Origin: Octopus sinensis
Lineage: Eukaryota
Reading direction: 5' to 3'
DNA length: 55,819 nucleotides
Assembly (NCBI RefSeq): GCF_006345805.1
Contig: NW_021835779.1
Span: 1 to 55,819, forward strand
Within the stretch, counting starts at the first letter, position 1, and each line of letters starts with the position of its first letter. The translations under genes and the position numbers were made by a program. The notes beneath the pieces were generated by a model. It worked only from the letters and a program-made list of their open reading frames with translations, was not told where the DNA came from and ran no database searches. Positions 27,136-40,362 of this stretch are shown here, one piece after another.

Positions 27136-28825
27136 AAATACTTTGTGTAAAGCAGGAAACCAATCTATAGTACAAATTTTAACAACAAAATCCTACATAG
27201 ACACGGAAGGGTCATAAGGACCCTGGATGAGAACATTATATTAAATTATCACCAAAACTTTCGACATTGTCCTTTATCGAATCCTCTTTCACCTAAGAAA
27301 ATATTAATGATTTCTCGCTCGTCTGACTCCCATCCCTCACCACAAACACCACCACCACCACAAATCTAACCTTAAGATAACTCACACTAAACCTCGCACG
27401 TGATCTTGGTACTTCATCTCTCATTTCTGGAATGTTTGAAATGTAATTTAATAGAAAAGTCGACGTTTGATCAGAAACGAACGTCAAAAGTGGAAAATTG
27501 CAACACTGGAAATTGCAGCTTGCAGATTGCACCATATGTGTACATTAGTAAAGATATTTAATTGCTGTCAAGGATTGTCATGCTGTCCGCTTTAACAAAA
27601 TATGTAAATGTTTCGGATTTCAAGAAACTAAAATTAGAAAAGCAATTGGAAATAAAAACAGACAGCAATAAATTGAAGGAGAGAAGTGAAGCGATTAAAA
27701 TCTGTTATTCTGTTAGAGATGAAAACTTTGACAACTCGTTCATGGCAATGCAAGCATATACACACACATTATTACGAATATACACACAAACACACAGACA
27801 CACACACACGCACAACACACACACACACACACACCACGCACGCATACATTATATAAGCGGTAACCGTGGTGGGCTCTCAACTCTTTGATGGAGTCGTAGA
27901 GACACCGTCATGATATACGCGTCTTGAGCAAATTTGGGCCAGGTATAGCCCCATGCCCTTTCAGATCTGGCTGCAGCCGATATTTCTAGAAAAGAGAAAA
28001 ATACAGAAAAAGAAAAATCTACTCACCTAAAATATATGAACCGCGATCAAACACACACACACACACACACACACCACACACACACACACACACTCACACA
28101 CATGCATACACAGGAATATTTCCTATCACAATTCAGGAAGATTATTTCTGTTTCCTTTTAGAAAATTTTTAATCTCTCCATTTCCAGTTTCTCTCCATTT
28201 TCTTCTTGTGTTTCATTTTGTCTTCTTTCAGTTATTCTTATTTGTTTTTTTTTCTTCGAAACTATATTCTGCTTCTTCTTGAGATGCTACTTGTCGTTTT
28301 GTCGTAGTTTTATTTTCTCTCTCTCCATTTCACATTAATTATTGACTGGTGAGAACACTGGGGAAATAAAGAATATTACGTATTACTAGCGGGACCCGTA
28401 AAAATTCCACAGAAAGAAAAGAAACTAAGAGAAGTTAGTTGAGAAAGAAAGGATAATTTTCAATTTCTATTGCATAGAAATCTTATTGCTGCGTGTGGAA
28501 TAATTGATAAAAAAATATTCAATAACAGTCTGTACAATATTTAATACACATATCATTCATTAGCATTTAATTCTATTGAATTTACAAGATCAATATATAA
28601 TTGCATATTCCATATTACGCAATATTTTGTCATAATTACTTTACATTATGTACAATTAATGTATATAAAATGATGTAGAGAATATACATAATGCTTTTCT
28701 GTACACGATAAGTCTCAGTTCCATTACAGATTGAAAAAAAATAACATCCCCATCTATTTTGCTCAGCTATTTCACTTCCAGTCACAATAATATATAATGT
28801 TCCATCTGCTAAACACTTTATATTT

Positions 28826-29275
28826 CTCTTCTTCTTCTTCTTCTTCTTCTTCTTCTTCTTCTTCTTCTTCTTCTTCTTCTTCTTCTTCTCCTCCTCCTTC
28901 TCCTCCTCCTCCTCCTCCTCCTTCTTCATCTTCTTCTTATTCTTATTCTCCTCCTCCTCCTCCTTCTTCTTCTTCTTCTTCTTCTTCTTCTTCTCCTCCT
29001 TCTCCTCCTCCTCCTCCTCCTTCTTCATCTTCTTCTTATTCTTATTCTTCTCCTCCTCCTCCTCCTCCTTCTTCTTCTTCTTCTTCTTCTTCTTCTTCTT
29101 CCTCCCTTCCTCCTCCTCCTCCTCCTTCTTCTCATCTCTTCTTATTCGATTCTTCTCCCTCCTCCCTCTCCTTCTTCTTCTTCTCTTCTTCTCCTCCTTC
29201 TCTCCTCTTCTCTTCTCTCTTTTCTTCTTCTTCTTCTTCTTCTTCTTCTTCTTCTTCTTCTTCTTCTTCTTCCTT
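28826..29275. repeat. Compound (TTC)n/(CTC)n microsatellite with a duplicated module
   Basis: The CTTCATCTTCTTCTTATTCTTATTCT module occurs twice (about 28921 and 29022). Confidence 0.95.
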
Positions 29276-29729
29276 ATTTCTTATTTCACTCACTTTCTTT
29301 TCCTACCTTTACTCTTTCCACGACATACTTTATCGCATATACCTACATAAACACAGAATTGTGCACGTGCAAATACACACAGACACACACAAACAAATGT
29401 GCTTGCACGCACGCGTACACACACACACACATACACACACACATGCACACACATACACGCACACACACGCGCACTCGCGCACAATGTGTCTGCTGTGCAT
29501 GATTACATGATACAGTATAAGTGAGCGGGAATTAACATATACATATAGAAAGATGTGTCTATTCATACATTCACAAACACATACTTACTAACACTCACAG
29601 ATATACGCACCTATACTTGCAACGTTTCCTGTTTTCTTTCATCAAGTTTCACTCCCATAACGAAGGTACCGGTTCCTAAATTAGATACAAAGGGATTTTC
29701 ATTGGAATTTGGATATCAGTAAGGTTCTC

Positions 29730-30007
29730 TCTTATGTACGTTTTAGTCATTAAACTGTGGCCATGCTGGAGTAGTACCTCGAAGAATATTTAGTCGAATG
29801 ACTTGACACCCCAGCATATTTTTAAGCCTGGTACTTATTCTATCGATCTGTTTGCCAAACAGCAAGGTTACGAGAACATAAACACACCAACACCGTTTGT
29901 CAGGCTATGGTAGGGAACAAACACAGACATTTTCCTGAGCGCCTAATAATAATAATACTGTAATTGTTCCACGTGTTGTTGTTTTTTCTGTTTTCCCGTT
30001 TGGATTA

Positions 30008-30054
<47 letters not shown>

Positions 30055-30505
30055 ACTATAAACAAAAGTTTGCAAAGTTTCGCCAAAAAGAACAATTATT
30101 ATTGTCACTAAATGTGATTAAAATGTGAGGAAACAGTAAAGGAGCGAAACTGAGAAGTGCCATTCTGGTGGATAACTGATGAGGAATTAAGGGACTCTTT
30201 GTGCCTTATGTGTATACGCTTTGTATCTTAACATTGTTTATTTACAATACATTCTTTCATTTACTAGTAACGGCACTCCACACACACCAGACGTTTATAT
30301 ATGTGTATGTGTGTCCATATATATATATATGTATGTACGTATGTATGTATACACGACGGCCTAGTTTCACTTTCCGTCCACCAAAATCCTCTTACAAGGC
30401 TTTGGTCGGTCCGAAGGCTACAGTGGAAGACACTTGCCCAAGTTGCCATGCAGTGGGCCTGAACTCGGAACCACGTGATTGTGAAGCAAATTTCTTACCA
30501 TAGAC
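29730..30505 (-). mobile_element. Two OR2-like SINE fragments (29730-29930 tail, 30300-30505 head)
   Basis: GCGGCCATGCTGGAG-type tail and GAAGACACTTGCCCAAG head motifs. Confidence 0.75.
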
Positions 30506-31200
30506 GTATGTATGAGTGTGTGTGCGTGCGTGCGTGTGTGTGCCTAAATGTATGTAGGTGTATGCATATACGTATGTGACGTATAATCGTACATTCATAT
30601 TACATATATGCATGTATCCCCGAAACAGTGATTATCAAAAATGTTGCCTGAAGGTAATATGGATGGCAAGTGACTTCCGGTCGATAACGGTAACCTGGCC
30701 TGGCTGACGCTAGAAACATAGCGTCTCAAGTGACAAGCATAACAGACTGTGACAGCTATTTAAGACGCCTCTCAGCATATTTCCACTCGTTTCTGACACT
30801 GCAACAACTCCCATCTGCTCACCTTGCACTAACCAACCCGATTTAAAAATGTGTGTGTGTGTGTGTGTGTATCTGCATTTTTAAATATGTAGATGGGTGC
30901 GTACACGTGTGTTCGCCCGTGCACGTTTTAGTGTACGTATAAACGTGCATGAATAACACTCACACTCACACATATTCGTATACATACATACATACTTACA
31001 TACACACACATACATATATGCCCACAAATACATATACGTGTGTGTGTGCTTACGTATGTAGATGCGTATGTATATATATATCTATGTGTGCGTATGTGCG
31101 TATATGATTTTATATATGTATATACATGCATGCATATTGGGGAAATGTGAGGTATAGAGAGGTCAAAAGACGCAAATGCTATACCTGTACTTGTGTGAGC

Positions 31201-31256
<56 letters not shown>

Positions 31257-31404
31257 TTGTAGAGAGAGAGAGAGAGTGAGAGAGAGAGAGAGAGAGCAAA
31301 AACAAATGCAGAAAATAACAGTAAATTATTGAATGTAGAAATCACCCAAAATAGAACTAACCTCTGCAACAGTTCACACACACACACACACACACACGTG
31401 TGTG

Positions 31405-31463
<59 letters not shown>

Positions 31464-31479
31464 CTTTTATTCATATATT

Positions 31480-31704
31480 CTTTTATTTGCTTCAGTCATG
31501 TGACTGTGGCCATGCTGGACCACCGCCTTTAGTCAGAGCAGGAAACCACAGGACGTATTTTTTGTAAGCCGAGTACTTATTCTATCAGTCTCTTTGGCCG
31601 AACAGCTAAGTCGCGGGGACGTAAACACACCAGGAGCGGTTATCAAGTGGTGGTGTTGGTGGTGGTGGTGGTGTCAAACGCAGACACAAAGACAACACAC
31701 ATAA

Positions 31705-31737
<33 letters not shown>

Positions 31738-31900
31738 CGATGAGCTTCTTCCAGTTTTCTTTTACCAAATCCACTCAGAGGGCTCTGGTCTGTCCAAGGT
31801 TATAGTAGAAGACACTTGCCCAAAGTTCCTCACAGGGGAACTGAAGCCGGAACTATGTGGCTGAGAAGCAAGCTACTACCACACGGCCACGCCTGCGCCT
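31480..31900 (-). mobile_element. Full-length OR2-like SINE
   Basis: Tail TTCAGTCATGTGACTGTGGCCATGCTGG, internal (TA)n, head CCACACGGCCACGCCTGCGCC. Confidence 0.85.
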
Positions 31901-31931
31901 ATATATATAAGTATATATATATATGTATACT

Positions 31932-31967
<36 letters not shown>

Positions 31968-32156
31968 AACACATATATATATACATATACATATATAAAT
32001 GCCAGGAAACACAGGTGAGGGCAGCAGCATCAAACTCCCTCACTGACCAAATGCCACATATCAGAGGAAATTCAAAATAATGGTGTAGTTCAATCAACGG
32101 TGGTGCTCCAGCATGACCGCCGCTTTGCAGGTGAAACATTTTAATGCACTATATAT

Positions 32157-33013
32157 GGGTGAATTGTTGCCATCTTATCTTTTTAATTTTTGCGCTTGCG
32201 CATTGTTTGTTTTTGATTTTGTCGACTACACTGTATAATAAGGTCAGTTGTGCACCGTCTGTGAGGAAATAAGCTCAATGACGCAATTCACTCTGCCAGA
32301 AATTTGGAAACGGCATGCTGTACAGCATGGCATTCGCGCCGGAAGCTCCAGTACCAAAATCTCAGTGCTTAGGTGTCAATCTGAGGACATGTATTGGAGT
32401 GATAAAAATCGAACATCCAGTCAACATCATGGTGCTTAGAGTGATCACTAGTGATGGTGACGTTATGCCTCCATTCATCTTCCTACACAGCCTCACATTA
32501 AACACAGAGGCCTACATCAAGTTTTTGGAGGGGGTAGTGCTGCCCTGGGTCAAGAGGGTGGCTGCTGGAAGACCCTATATCTGACAACAGGACTCTGCAC
32601 CATGCCACACAAGCAGGAGAACCCAGACATGGCTATCAGAGAATTTCTGCGACCACATAACCCCTAACATCTGGCCACCCAACTCCCCAGACTGTAACCC
32701 CTTGATTATTATACGTGGAGCGCAGCTGAGCGAGAGACCAGCAAGACTCGTTGTAACACCGAAGATGAAATGAAGGCAAGTATCATGGCAGCATTCGCCA
32801 ACTTAAACCAAGGAGACCTTCGAGAATAGTTGCAGGATACTCTGAAGTCGTTTGGAGCCTGGTTGAAGTCAATGGCGATTTTATTGAAAAAAATTTACTT
32901 TAGTATTTCAACATATTTTCATGTAATTTTTGTAAATTTCTCTGTTAAAATGAGATGTCAGTGCTATTTTCATTTTTGCGTAATTTAGACGACAGTTTAT
33001 TCACCGCACCCTG
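32157..33013 (+). mobile_element. Internally deleted Tc1/mariner-superfamily transposon (DD37D maT-like), pseudogene
   Basis: HPVNIMVLRVITSDGDVMPPFIF...YIKFLEGVVLPWVKRVAAGRPYI*QQDSAPCHTSRRTQTWLSENFCDHITPNIWPPNSPDCNP. The right end reads ...TTTATTCACCGCACCCTG; the left TIR is degenerate. Confidence 0.85.
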
Positions 33014-33229
33014 TTTATATATGGACTTATACATGTACACATGTTCATATGTATTGGACATATATATGAAGTTATGTATGTACATATACATATATATATA
33101 TATACATAGGTGATATATGTGTTGTGTGGTATGTGTGTGTGTATATACACATATGTATCGGTATATATATATTTGTTTGTGTGTGTATGTATATATATAT
33201 ATATATAATATATATGAGTGTTAATATAT

Positions 33230-33293
<64 letters not shown>

Positions 33294-33343
33294 TATTATA
33301 TATTTATATATATATATATATATAGTATATATATATGTGTATG

Positions 33344-33376
<33 letters not shown>

Positions 33377-33392
33377 ATATAATAGATGCACA

Positions 33393-33452
<60 letters not shown>

Positions 33453-33989
33453 GTATATATATGTATATATATGTATACGTCTACATACAATTCCCACCCA
33501 CCAAACAAAATTGTTTATCAGTGCGTACAGTAAGGAAGATGTATGTTTGTGTAAGGATTATGGGACGTTGGAGATAGAGAGGAGCTTCGGGTGGATGATG
33601 GGGGGGAGTGGGTGAGTGGACTTAGTGGTTAATACGACGGGTGGATGTGAGTGGAAGTGGGTAGAGGGGGAAATACTAGTGGTAGGTATAGGAAGAGGTA
33701 GAGAAGGTGGGTGAGGAAAAAAGGGAGTCGTTGAGTTATCTCCTGAGGGTCAGGGATAACACTGACAATCTGAATGCGTGAGGGTGTGTGAAATATTAAT
33801 GTTTGTGTGAATGTGATATTTGTGTTTAATATGGAGTAAAAAAGAACTTGTAAAAATAATAAATTCAACATCCATGCCCTCCAGTGAAACAATAACGACG
33901 TGTGTTCGCTTCCAGCATTATCCCACTGTCTGGCCCCTGGTTCTTACTTGCTGTTATTTTTATAGCAGTTGTCGTTGACATCGCAGCGG

Positions 33990-34155
33990 TAGCAGCAGCA
34001 GCAGTAGTAGTAGTAGTAGTCGTAGTAGCAGCAGCAGTAGTAGTAGATGTAGTAGTAGCAGCAGCAGCATCAGCAGTAGTAGTAGTAGTTGCAGCAGCAG
34101 CAGCAGCAGCAGTGGTAGTAGTAGTTGCAGTAGCAGAAGTAGTAGCAATAGTAGT

Positions 34156-34210
<55 letters not shown>

Positions 34211-34235
34211 AGCAGTAGTAGTAGTAGTAGTAGTG
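33990..34235. repeat. (GCA)n/(GTA)n compound microsatellite
   Basis: Direct inspection. Confidence 0.95.
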
Positions 34236-35049
34236 TTTCATGTTGAGCTGAAAGTCAACCTTAATCAAGCAGGCCTATGATAAAAGGCATTCCGACGGTG
34301 ACCATCCCGCGCGTTTACGAATACAATAGGATTATATTGTCTAATATGTTCTTTCATTACTTAAGTCAGTGGAGTATGATTTGAAGAGATTTGGCTGCTC
34401 TTTCAAGCAGCGAACCGAACAGGCCAAGGATTCTTCTTAAGGCAGATTTGGCTGCTATTTTCTGCAGATCGAGTAACTACAACTTGCTGGCATGTAATTG
34501 TTATTGTTGCTGTTGTTATCAACACTAACTGACTTGACCTGCATTCAAATCGTTTCATCCATGACCACCCGGTTTAATATTCAAGTATTGCAAACCTGGA
34601 ATGCTGTTCTTTCCTTTTTTTTTTTTTTTCAGATGTGAGGCTGCGCTTTCATAAAAATTCTACTGTTTTTTCTAGCAGATCGGATAACCAGGTACAACTC
34701 CTTCTCATAGCTGGTAGATATTCCTGATTTTTAGCGCAAGCATAAAGACAGGTCGTTTAGATTGGAAACAAGCCCATATAAACCCTAGCACGTGACTGCT
34801 CTTTGTTTTATCAGCTTGAGGAAGGAAAGGATCATGGGACTGTTGGTGGTAAGGTATTGAATTCAAAAATAAAATAGCGCATATACATCACATTAGTTCC
34901 TACTCTACCCTGCCGATTCTTCTATCCGTTACTTCTTATAAAAGGATCCCTATGACAGCCACAAGGGTACATATTTCAGCAACTTACAGGTACTGTCAAT
35001 TGACTCAGTGTTATTGCTTTAATTATTCCATCTGGTATGTGTCTGCAGT

Positions 35050-35340
35050 TTGGTTGGCAATTCTTCTCCAATATTCGCGATAGTTTGTAAAGTCTATTTT
35101 TGCACTATTTAAGGACACCTTACATTTAATCCAGAAAGGTTCGATGGCCATATGAGCCGCACTCTTTGATGAACATCCCAATGCAGTTTCTTACACACCC
35201 ATGATCTGGTTACCATAAGGCCGTCACGTTACCATGTGGTCCTATTTCACTTCTCATTTCCGTGTCTTGGACTTCGCCATGTTCTTAAGATTTCTTCGTT
35301 TCTGATACGAACTTGCTAAGTAATTACCAAGATTCACTCA
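35050..35340 (-). pseudogene. Highly decayed RTE-like LINE ORF remnant
   Basis: Minus-strand RIRNEEILR and KKLHWD...WPS segments resemble the RTE C-terminal pattern; frameshifted. Confidence 0.4.
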
Positions 35341-35513
35341 ACTCCCTTCTTTGTGAGACGCATTCAATATTATTTTATAATAGTCTGAGTTTATCTCTAC
35401 GTCTCGTTAGCATTTAGTATAATCGGTTGGGCGATTTTATAACTCACACACACACACACACACATACAAACTCTCTCTCACTCTCTCTCACACACACGCG
35501 CGCGCGCACGCAC

Positions 35514-35544
<31 letters not shown>

Positions 35545-36393
35545 TTCACACATTCACACAAAGTATGGAAAATAATTGTTGATGACGACTTCACAAAGAT
35601 GTCGCTCTTGGAAATTATTCACTTTCACAGTTTCCGAAAACTCTTTAACAGAAAAATGTGCGTGTGTGTGTGTGTGTGTATGAGGGAGAAAGATGGAGAG
35701 AGAGAGAGAGAGAGACTGACAGACAGACAGAGGCAGAGAGAAACAGAGAGATGGGGAGAGAGAGAAGAGGAAGGAGAGAGAGAAAGAGACAGTGAGACAG
35801 AGAAGCAGAGAGAGAGTGAAGAAGAAAAAGAAAGGAGAGAGAGAGAGCGAGATACAGCGCAAGAGAAAGGAATAGAATTGAATGTTAGGAACAGAGACAA
35901 GACCAGAAAGACAGAGGTATGTAGAGTGAGAGTAAGAGAGTCGGAGAGTTATGTAAAGGTAGTTCCACTAGTCTTTGAGTAATTGAGATGCATTCAATTA
36001 GTCCTCTCTGTCTTTGGTCTATGGAGTATGAAGAATATCAAAGAACTAGCCAACTGCCGATATCCTGTATTCAGTAACTTGTTAAAATTTTGAACATTAC
36101 TTCTCGCTTTCCATAATGACTATAATTGTTAAAATGGTATTTATTCTCTAAAAATGCCTTCTGGAATTGGATTATCAAAATAAGATATGCTTTAGTCATT
36201 TTAGTTATTTTATATGCGAACTGGTGAAGAGTAGCTTCGTTATTTACAGATTTCTGCGGACTAGTCACTGGTTCTGGTTCACTGCTTGTCACTTTGTGAA
36301 CAGAGTGACAAAGGTGTATCTGTAATAAGGTGCACAGGTTTTTCCCGTCTTCTCGCTGATATTTATAGCCTTCACCGTTACACTTGGTAAAAA

Positions 36394-36428
36394 ATTTAAC
36401 GTTTCGAGCGGAGCTCTTCGTCAGAAAC
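36394..36428 (-). ncRNA. Minimal type I hammerhead ribozyme motif (PLE-type)
   Basis: gttt-CUGACGA-A-GAGC(UCC)GCUC-GAAAC-GUU-aaau; stem III is the palindrome ACGU; stem I has 4 bp. Confidence 0.65.
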
Positions 36429-36996
36429 ATAGGAAAGGGAAAGATCCAATGAAGGGAAGACGAGGGGGAAAATCGCCAACGATACACACGCGGTACATAC
36501 AAAAATACCCTGTTGTTGATGTTGAACTTCCAATGAAGGAACTTTGGATCTCGGTTAGAAACTGTCACTTTCTCTATTGGCAAGAAATCTTGAAATAAAA
36601 CTGAATAATGACATACACACACACATACATACATACATACATACATGTATACATACATACATACACGCATACATACATGCATGCGTGCATACATACATGT
36701 AGATCGATTTATTTGGGAAGAAGAATTTTCTACTTGTTAGAATCAATAGTTCAGACATTGTCAACAAAATATTCAAGTAATATACATTTGAGTTTAAGCA
36801 CAGGAAACACAGGCATTTTTCTCTTTACCAGAACTACCCTATCACAACAACAATCATCAACAGCAGTCTTCGTTTTATCTTAGTAGTCCCACGGCCCACC
36901 CGCTCTCTTCTGCCATACCACCCATCATTACCAATACCACAACAATTAACACAAAGCAACACCATACCTCCTCCTCCTACTACTACTACTACTAGT

Positions 36997-37272
36997 ACCT
37001 CGGCGGAATTTGAACTCAGAACGTAGTGGCAGGCGAAATACCTATTTCTTTACTACCCGCAAGGGGCTAAACAGAGAGGACAAACAAGGACAGACAAACG
37101 GATTAAGTCGATTGTATCGACCCCAGTGCGTAACTGGCACTTATTTGATCGACCTCGAAAGGATGAAAGGCAAAGTCGACCTCAGCGGAATTTGAACTCA
37201 GAACGTAGCGGCAGACGAAATACGGCTACGCATTTCGCACGGCGTGCTAACGGTTCTGCCAGCTCGCTACCT
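36997..37272 (-). mobile_element. Nin/Deu-type SINE, partial tandem dimer
   Basis: Same internal junction (CGAAATAC|CTATTTCTTTACTACCC) as 1511-1917. Confidence 0.9.
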
Positions 37273-37847
37273 TCAAAATTGTTAATATTAAATGTTTATA
37301 TTAAAAATAGAGAATATTTTTTGTTGCAAGAAAAAAATTATAATATAAAGTCAAACTAAAATTCAGATTTAAATATTACAGAAAGTACTAGGTAAAACTA
37401 AAAGCTATGCAAAATCTTTTAATTTTTAAAGAAACTTTCTTTTATATTTTCGTACAAATAAATACAATATTGTATTGTAAAGATTTTTCGTTTAACCTCT
37501 CTTTTAATTTAACTTTTATACCAAATTCTTTGAAATTTTTTTTTGGGGGGGGGACTTTTCCTCAAAGCGTTCTAACTTGAATCTTGATATTACCTTACAC
37601 GTGCCTTATCTTTTATTCACATATTTGTGTTGTCCACTGCGCATCAAATAATTCGCAATGAGTGCAAAAAAGCGGGAGTATATTGACTAATATATTCGAT
37701 AGATGAAAATCGTGAAGCTCGGAAATTCATTAGGAACCCATTTCAGTGTGAAGTGACTGATGTTTTGGATGAAGTGCAAGGGGAGTTTCTTGAGCTGAAG
37801 TTCAACTCCCCAGCTAAGGAAGACTTCAAAGAACTGAATCTTGAAAT

Positions 37848-38010
37848 ACAGTTCTATATTTAAGAGATGCGGAATTATGTACATTATTTACATTATTTAC
37901 ATTCGACGGACACCTGAGGAAGGCTGGAGGGTATATCAGCCGAAACGTTGTGTTAACAACAAACAAGATGAGGATAAATATCCGTCGAATGTAAATAATG
38001 TAAATAATGT
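37848..38010 (+). mobile_element. HHR-bearing PLE-type insertion with a 13-bp TSD
   Basis: TGAATCTTGAAAT occurs at 37835-37847 and 38010-38022; there is a 30-bp perfect inverted repeat at 37881-37910 and 37981-38010. Confidence 0.85.
37909..37954 (+). ncRNA. Minimal type I hammerhead ribozyme motif
   Basis: gacac-CUGAGGA-A-GGCUG(10 nt)CAGCC-GAAAC-GUU-guguu; all invariant core positions are present. Confidence 0.75.
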
Positions 38011-38730
38011 GAATCTTGAAATGTTCTGGATCAAATACCTTCCTGTTTACCCTCTGATCTCACGTCAGGCTCTTCGGCTTTTAGCTATGTTTGGATCCAC
38101 GTATCTCTGTGAAGCCGCATCTTCCACGCTCGTTGTTGTCAAGAAGAAATACAGAAACAGGCTGATCACTGAAAGATACTTACGTTGAGCACTCTCTGGC
38201 ATTCAATCACGGATTCAAGATTTTTAGCGAAGAAGCAACGTCAAGTATCTCACCAATAATGTGATTAATTCATATTCAATAAAAAATAACTTCTTTTTTC
38301 TTTTGCTAAGAAGCAGTGTCAAGTATCTAACATTTTGTATAATGCGACTATATATTAAATCATAGCTATTTTATGTAATGTGACTAATTGATATTCAATA
38401 AAAAAACAAAAAACATATTTCAGAGTTTAAATAAACACTGGGAGGGACTTTTATTCATAGATGCAAGGAGGACATGGAGAGAAGGACAAACTGCTACAGG
38501 TGGTGTGGTAATAAAATGTTTAAGAATCATTGCCTTAGACTGACCTGTCAGTTTCGACTATATAATTAATATAAACAGCTGTTTCTTTTACGGTATAACT
38601 TTGCAAACAGCTGTTTCTATCAATTTTTTGTATACACGTTAGCGATCTACTAAATAATCCATAGATTTTTTATGGTGAATATATATACTCTGAGAGGCGA
38701 GGTAGCCTGGAATCAACCGAACAAGCTGGC

Positions 38731-38781
38731 GTTACTGATGATGGTTACGGAAATAGCCGAAACTGACCAGTCAGTCTGAGG
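38731..38781 (+). ncRNA. Type I hammerhead ribozyme motif, weak stem I
   Basis: CUGAUGA-U-GGUUA(cggaaa)UAGCC-GAAACUGAC(ca)GUCAGU-C; near-palindromic stem III, GUC site. Confidence 0.6.
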
Positions 38782-38995
38782 AATTCTCGGTTCGGTGTTC
38801 GGGGCTATTGCAGCCCCTGTCAAAGTATATGTTATATGCTTTGTAACAGCATGGGAGTATTTCGTAACAACATGGGAGTGTTATTCACGGCCTTAGTCAA
38901 GTTTAGTTGATGACTATAATTTTCCTTTACGTTATAACATTGCAAGCAGCTGTTTATATATATTTACGTATGTGTTTATATGTATGTGTATATAT

Positions 38996-39035
<40 letters not shown>

Positions 39036-39043
<8 letters not shown>

Positions 39044-39340
39044 ATCACGTGACCGACCAGACCATCAGATGTTTTACACATCGCTGGTCACAATGCGTTT
39101 GCATTGTTTTAGCCTTCGAATGACGCCACCCCGCTGGCTAAGCGAGCAGGCCAATAGGAGAAAGAGTGAGAGAAAGAGTGGTGAAAGAGCACAGCAGGGA
39201 TCACCACCCCCTGCCGGAGCCTCGTGGAGCTTTTAGGTGTTTTCGCTCAATAAACACTCACAACGCCCGGTCTAGGAATCGAAACCGCGATCCTACGACC
39301 GCGAGTTCGCTGCCCTAACCACGAGGCCATTGCGCCTCCA
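39036..39340 (-). mobile_element. tRNA-derived SINE (head A, tail T2 ending GTCACGTGATCACGTGAT)
   Basis: Full head A plus TTGGCCTGCTCGCTTAGCCAGCGGGGTGGCGTCATTCGAAGGCTAAAACAATGC tail. Confidence 0.85.
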
Positions 39341-39348
39341 TATATATA

Positions 39349-39575
39349 TTTCTTTACTACCCACAAGGGGCTAAACACAGAGGGACAAACAAGGACAGAC
39401 AAAGGGATTAAGTCGACTACATAACCCCAGTGCGTAACTGGTACTTAATTTATTATCGACCCGAAAGGATGAAAGCAAAGTCGGCCTCGACGGAATTTGA
39501 ACTCGGAACGTAACGACAGACGAAATACGGCTACGATTTCGCCCGGCGTGCTAACGTTTTCTACCAGCTCCCGCC
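39349..39575 (-). mobile_element. Nin/Deu-type SINE
   Basis: Full tail, core and head. Confidence 0.88.
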
Positions 39576-39609
39576 TACCACCAGCGCCTCCATATATATG
39601 TATATATAT

Positions 39610-39644
<35 letters not shown>

Positions 39645-40168
39645 TTATTTATTTATTTATTTATACTGCAGGTAGGCAGAGCAAATTCACAGCCTTTTCC
39701 TCTTGAATACACCTACTTATTCCCTTCTTTACCATCCAGTTGGCAGTTGCTGTCGATGCCCTATAGATTCAAAGTACATACTGAAGCTGAAAATTCTGGA
39801 AATGTTTTTTTGCAGAGTTAATGTAGAATAAAACAGAAAGTTGGAAATTATTTGGGTATTATGCAATCACCATTACACATGTTCCATGTACTAATATGAA
39901 TTACAAAGATTTCATGTCACGCAGATATGTAAGGAATTTCCTATTAGAAATTCTTCCGGCAGAGAACTTAAATATTACAAATTTTACATTTGGATGAAGC
40001 GCTTATAGTTAGTTAGTAATCCATAGTTGAAGGTGAAGATGAGCAAAACATGTTGCAAAAGCACTAGATATATACACCCACCCACATACACACGCGTACC
40101 ATAGACATAGACATATGCATATAGACATATATGTATATATAATAATATATATATATATATAATATAAA

Positions 40169-40205
<37 letters not shown>

Positions 40206-40277
40206 ATATATATAATAATATATATACATATATAATGAAAGAATGGAGTTGAACGAACGACTTAAACAAATTCCTTT

Positions 40278-40362
40278 ATTCTCGACATATTGTTTCGAAG
40301 GCTGCATATTCCTAATTTCGAAGGAATAAGGGTGCATTATGCCGCCTTCTCATCAGGAAAAC
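40278..40362 (-). ncRNA. Type I hammerhead ribozyme motif with long stem II
   Basis: guuuuc-CUGAUGA-GAAGGC-G-GCAUA...UAUGC-A-GCCUUC-GAAACA(aua)UGU-C-gagaau; intact core, GUC site. Confidence 0.75.

Larger units (their letters stand above)
37655..38532 (+). mobile_element. hAT (Charlie/Buster-like) transposon 3' remnant with the transposase C-terminal dimerisation region
   Basis: RKFIRNPFQCEVTDVLDEVQGEFLELKFNSPAKEDFKELNLE|MFWIKYLPVYPLISRQALRLLAMFGSTYLCEAASSTLVVVKKKYRNRL. The right end AAATGTTTAAGAATCATTG resembles the reverse complement of CAGTGGTTCTCAAAC. Confidence 0.85.

Noticed and set aside
28380-28410. Second Helitron 3' end (ACTAGCGGGACCCG, minus)
   Set aside because: Only a CTAG and a short GC patch; no matching 5' end was identified.
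28797-29510. Extensin-like SPPPP/YSY ORF
   Set aside because: It is a TTC/CTC compound microsatellite with a local duplication that runs into (CA)n; there is no signal peptide or splice evidence.
30140-30195. GAAAC...CTGATGA as a type II HHR
   Set aside because: Stem II is not complementary and there is no UH site in a paired context.
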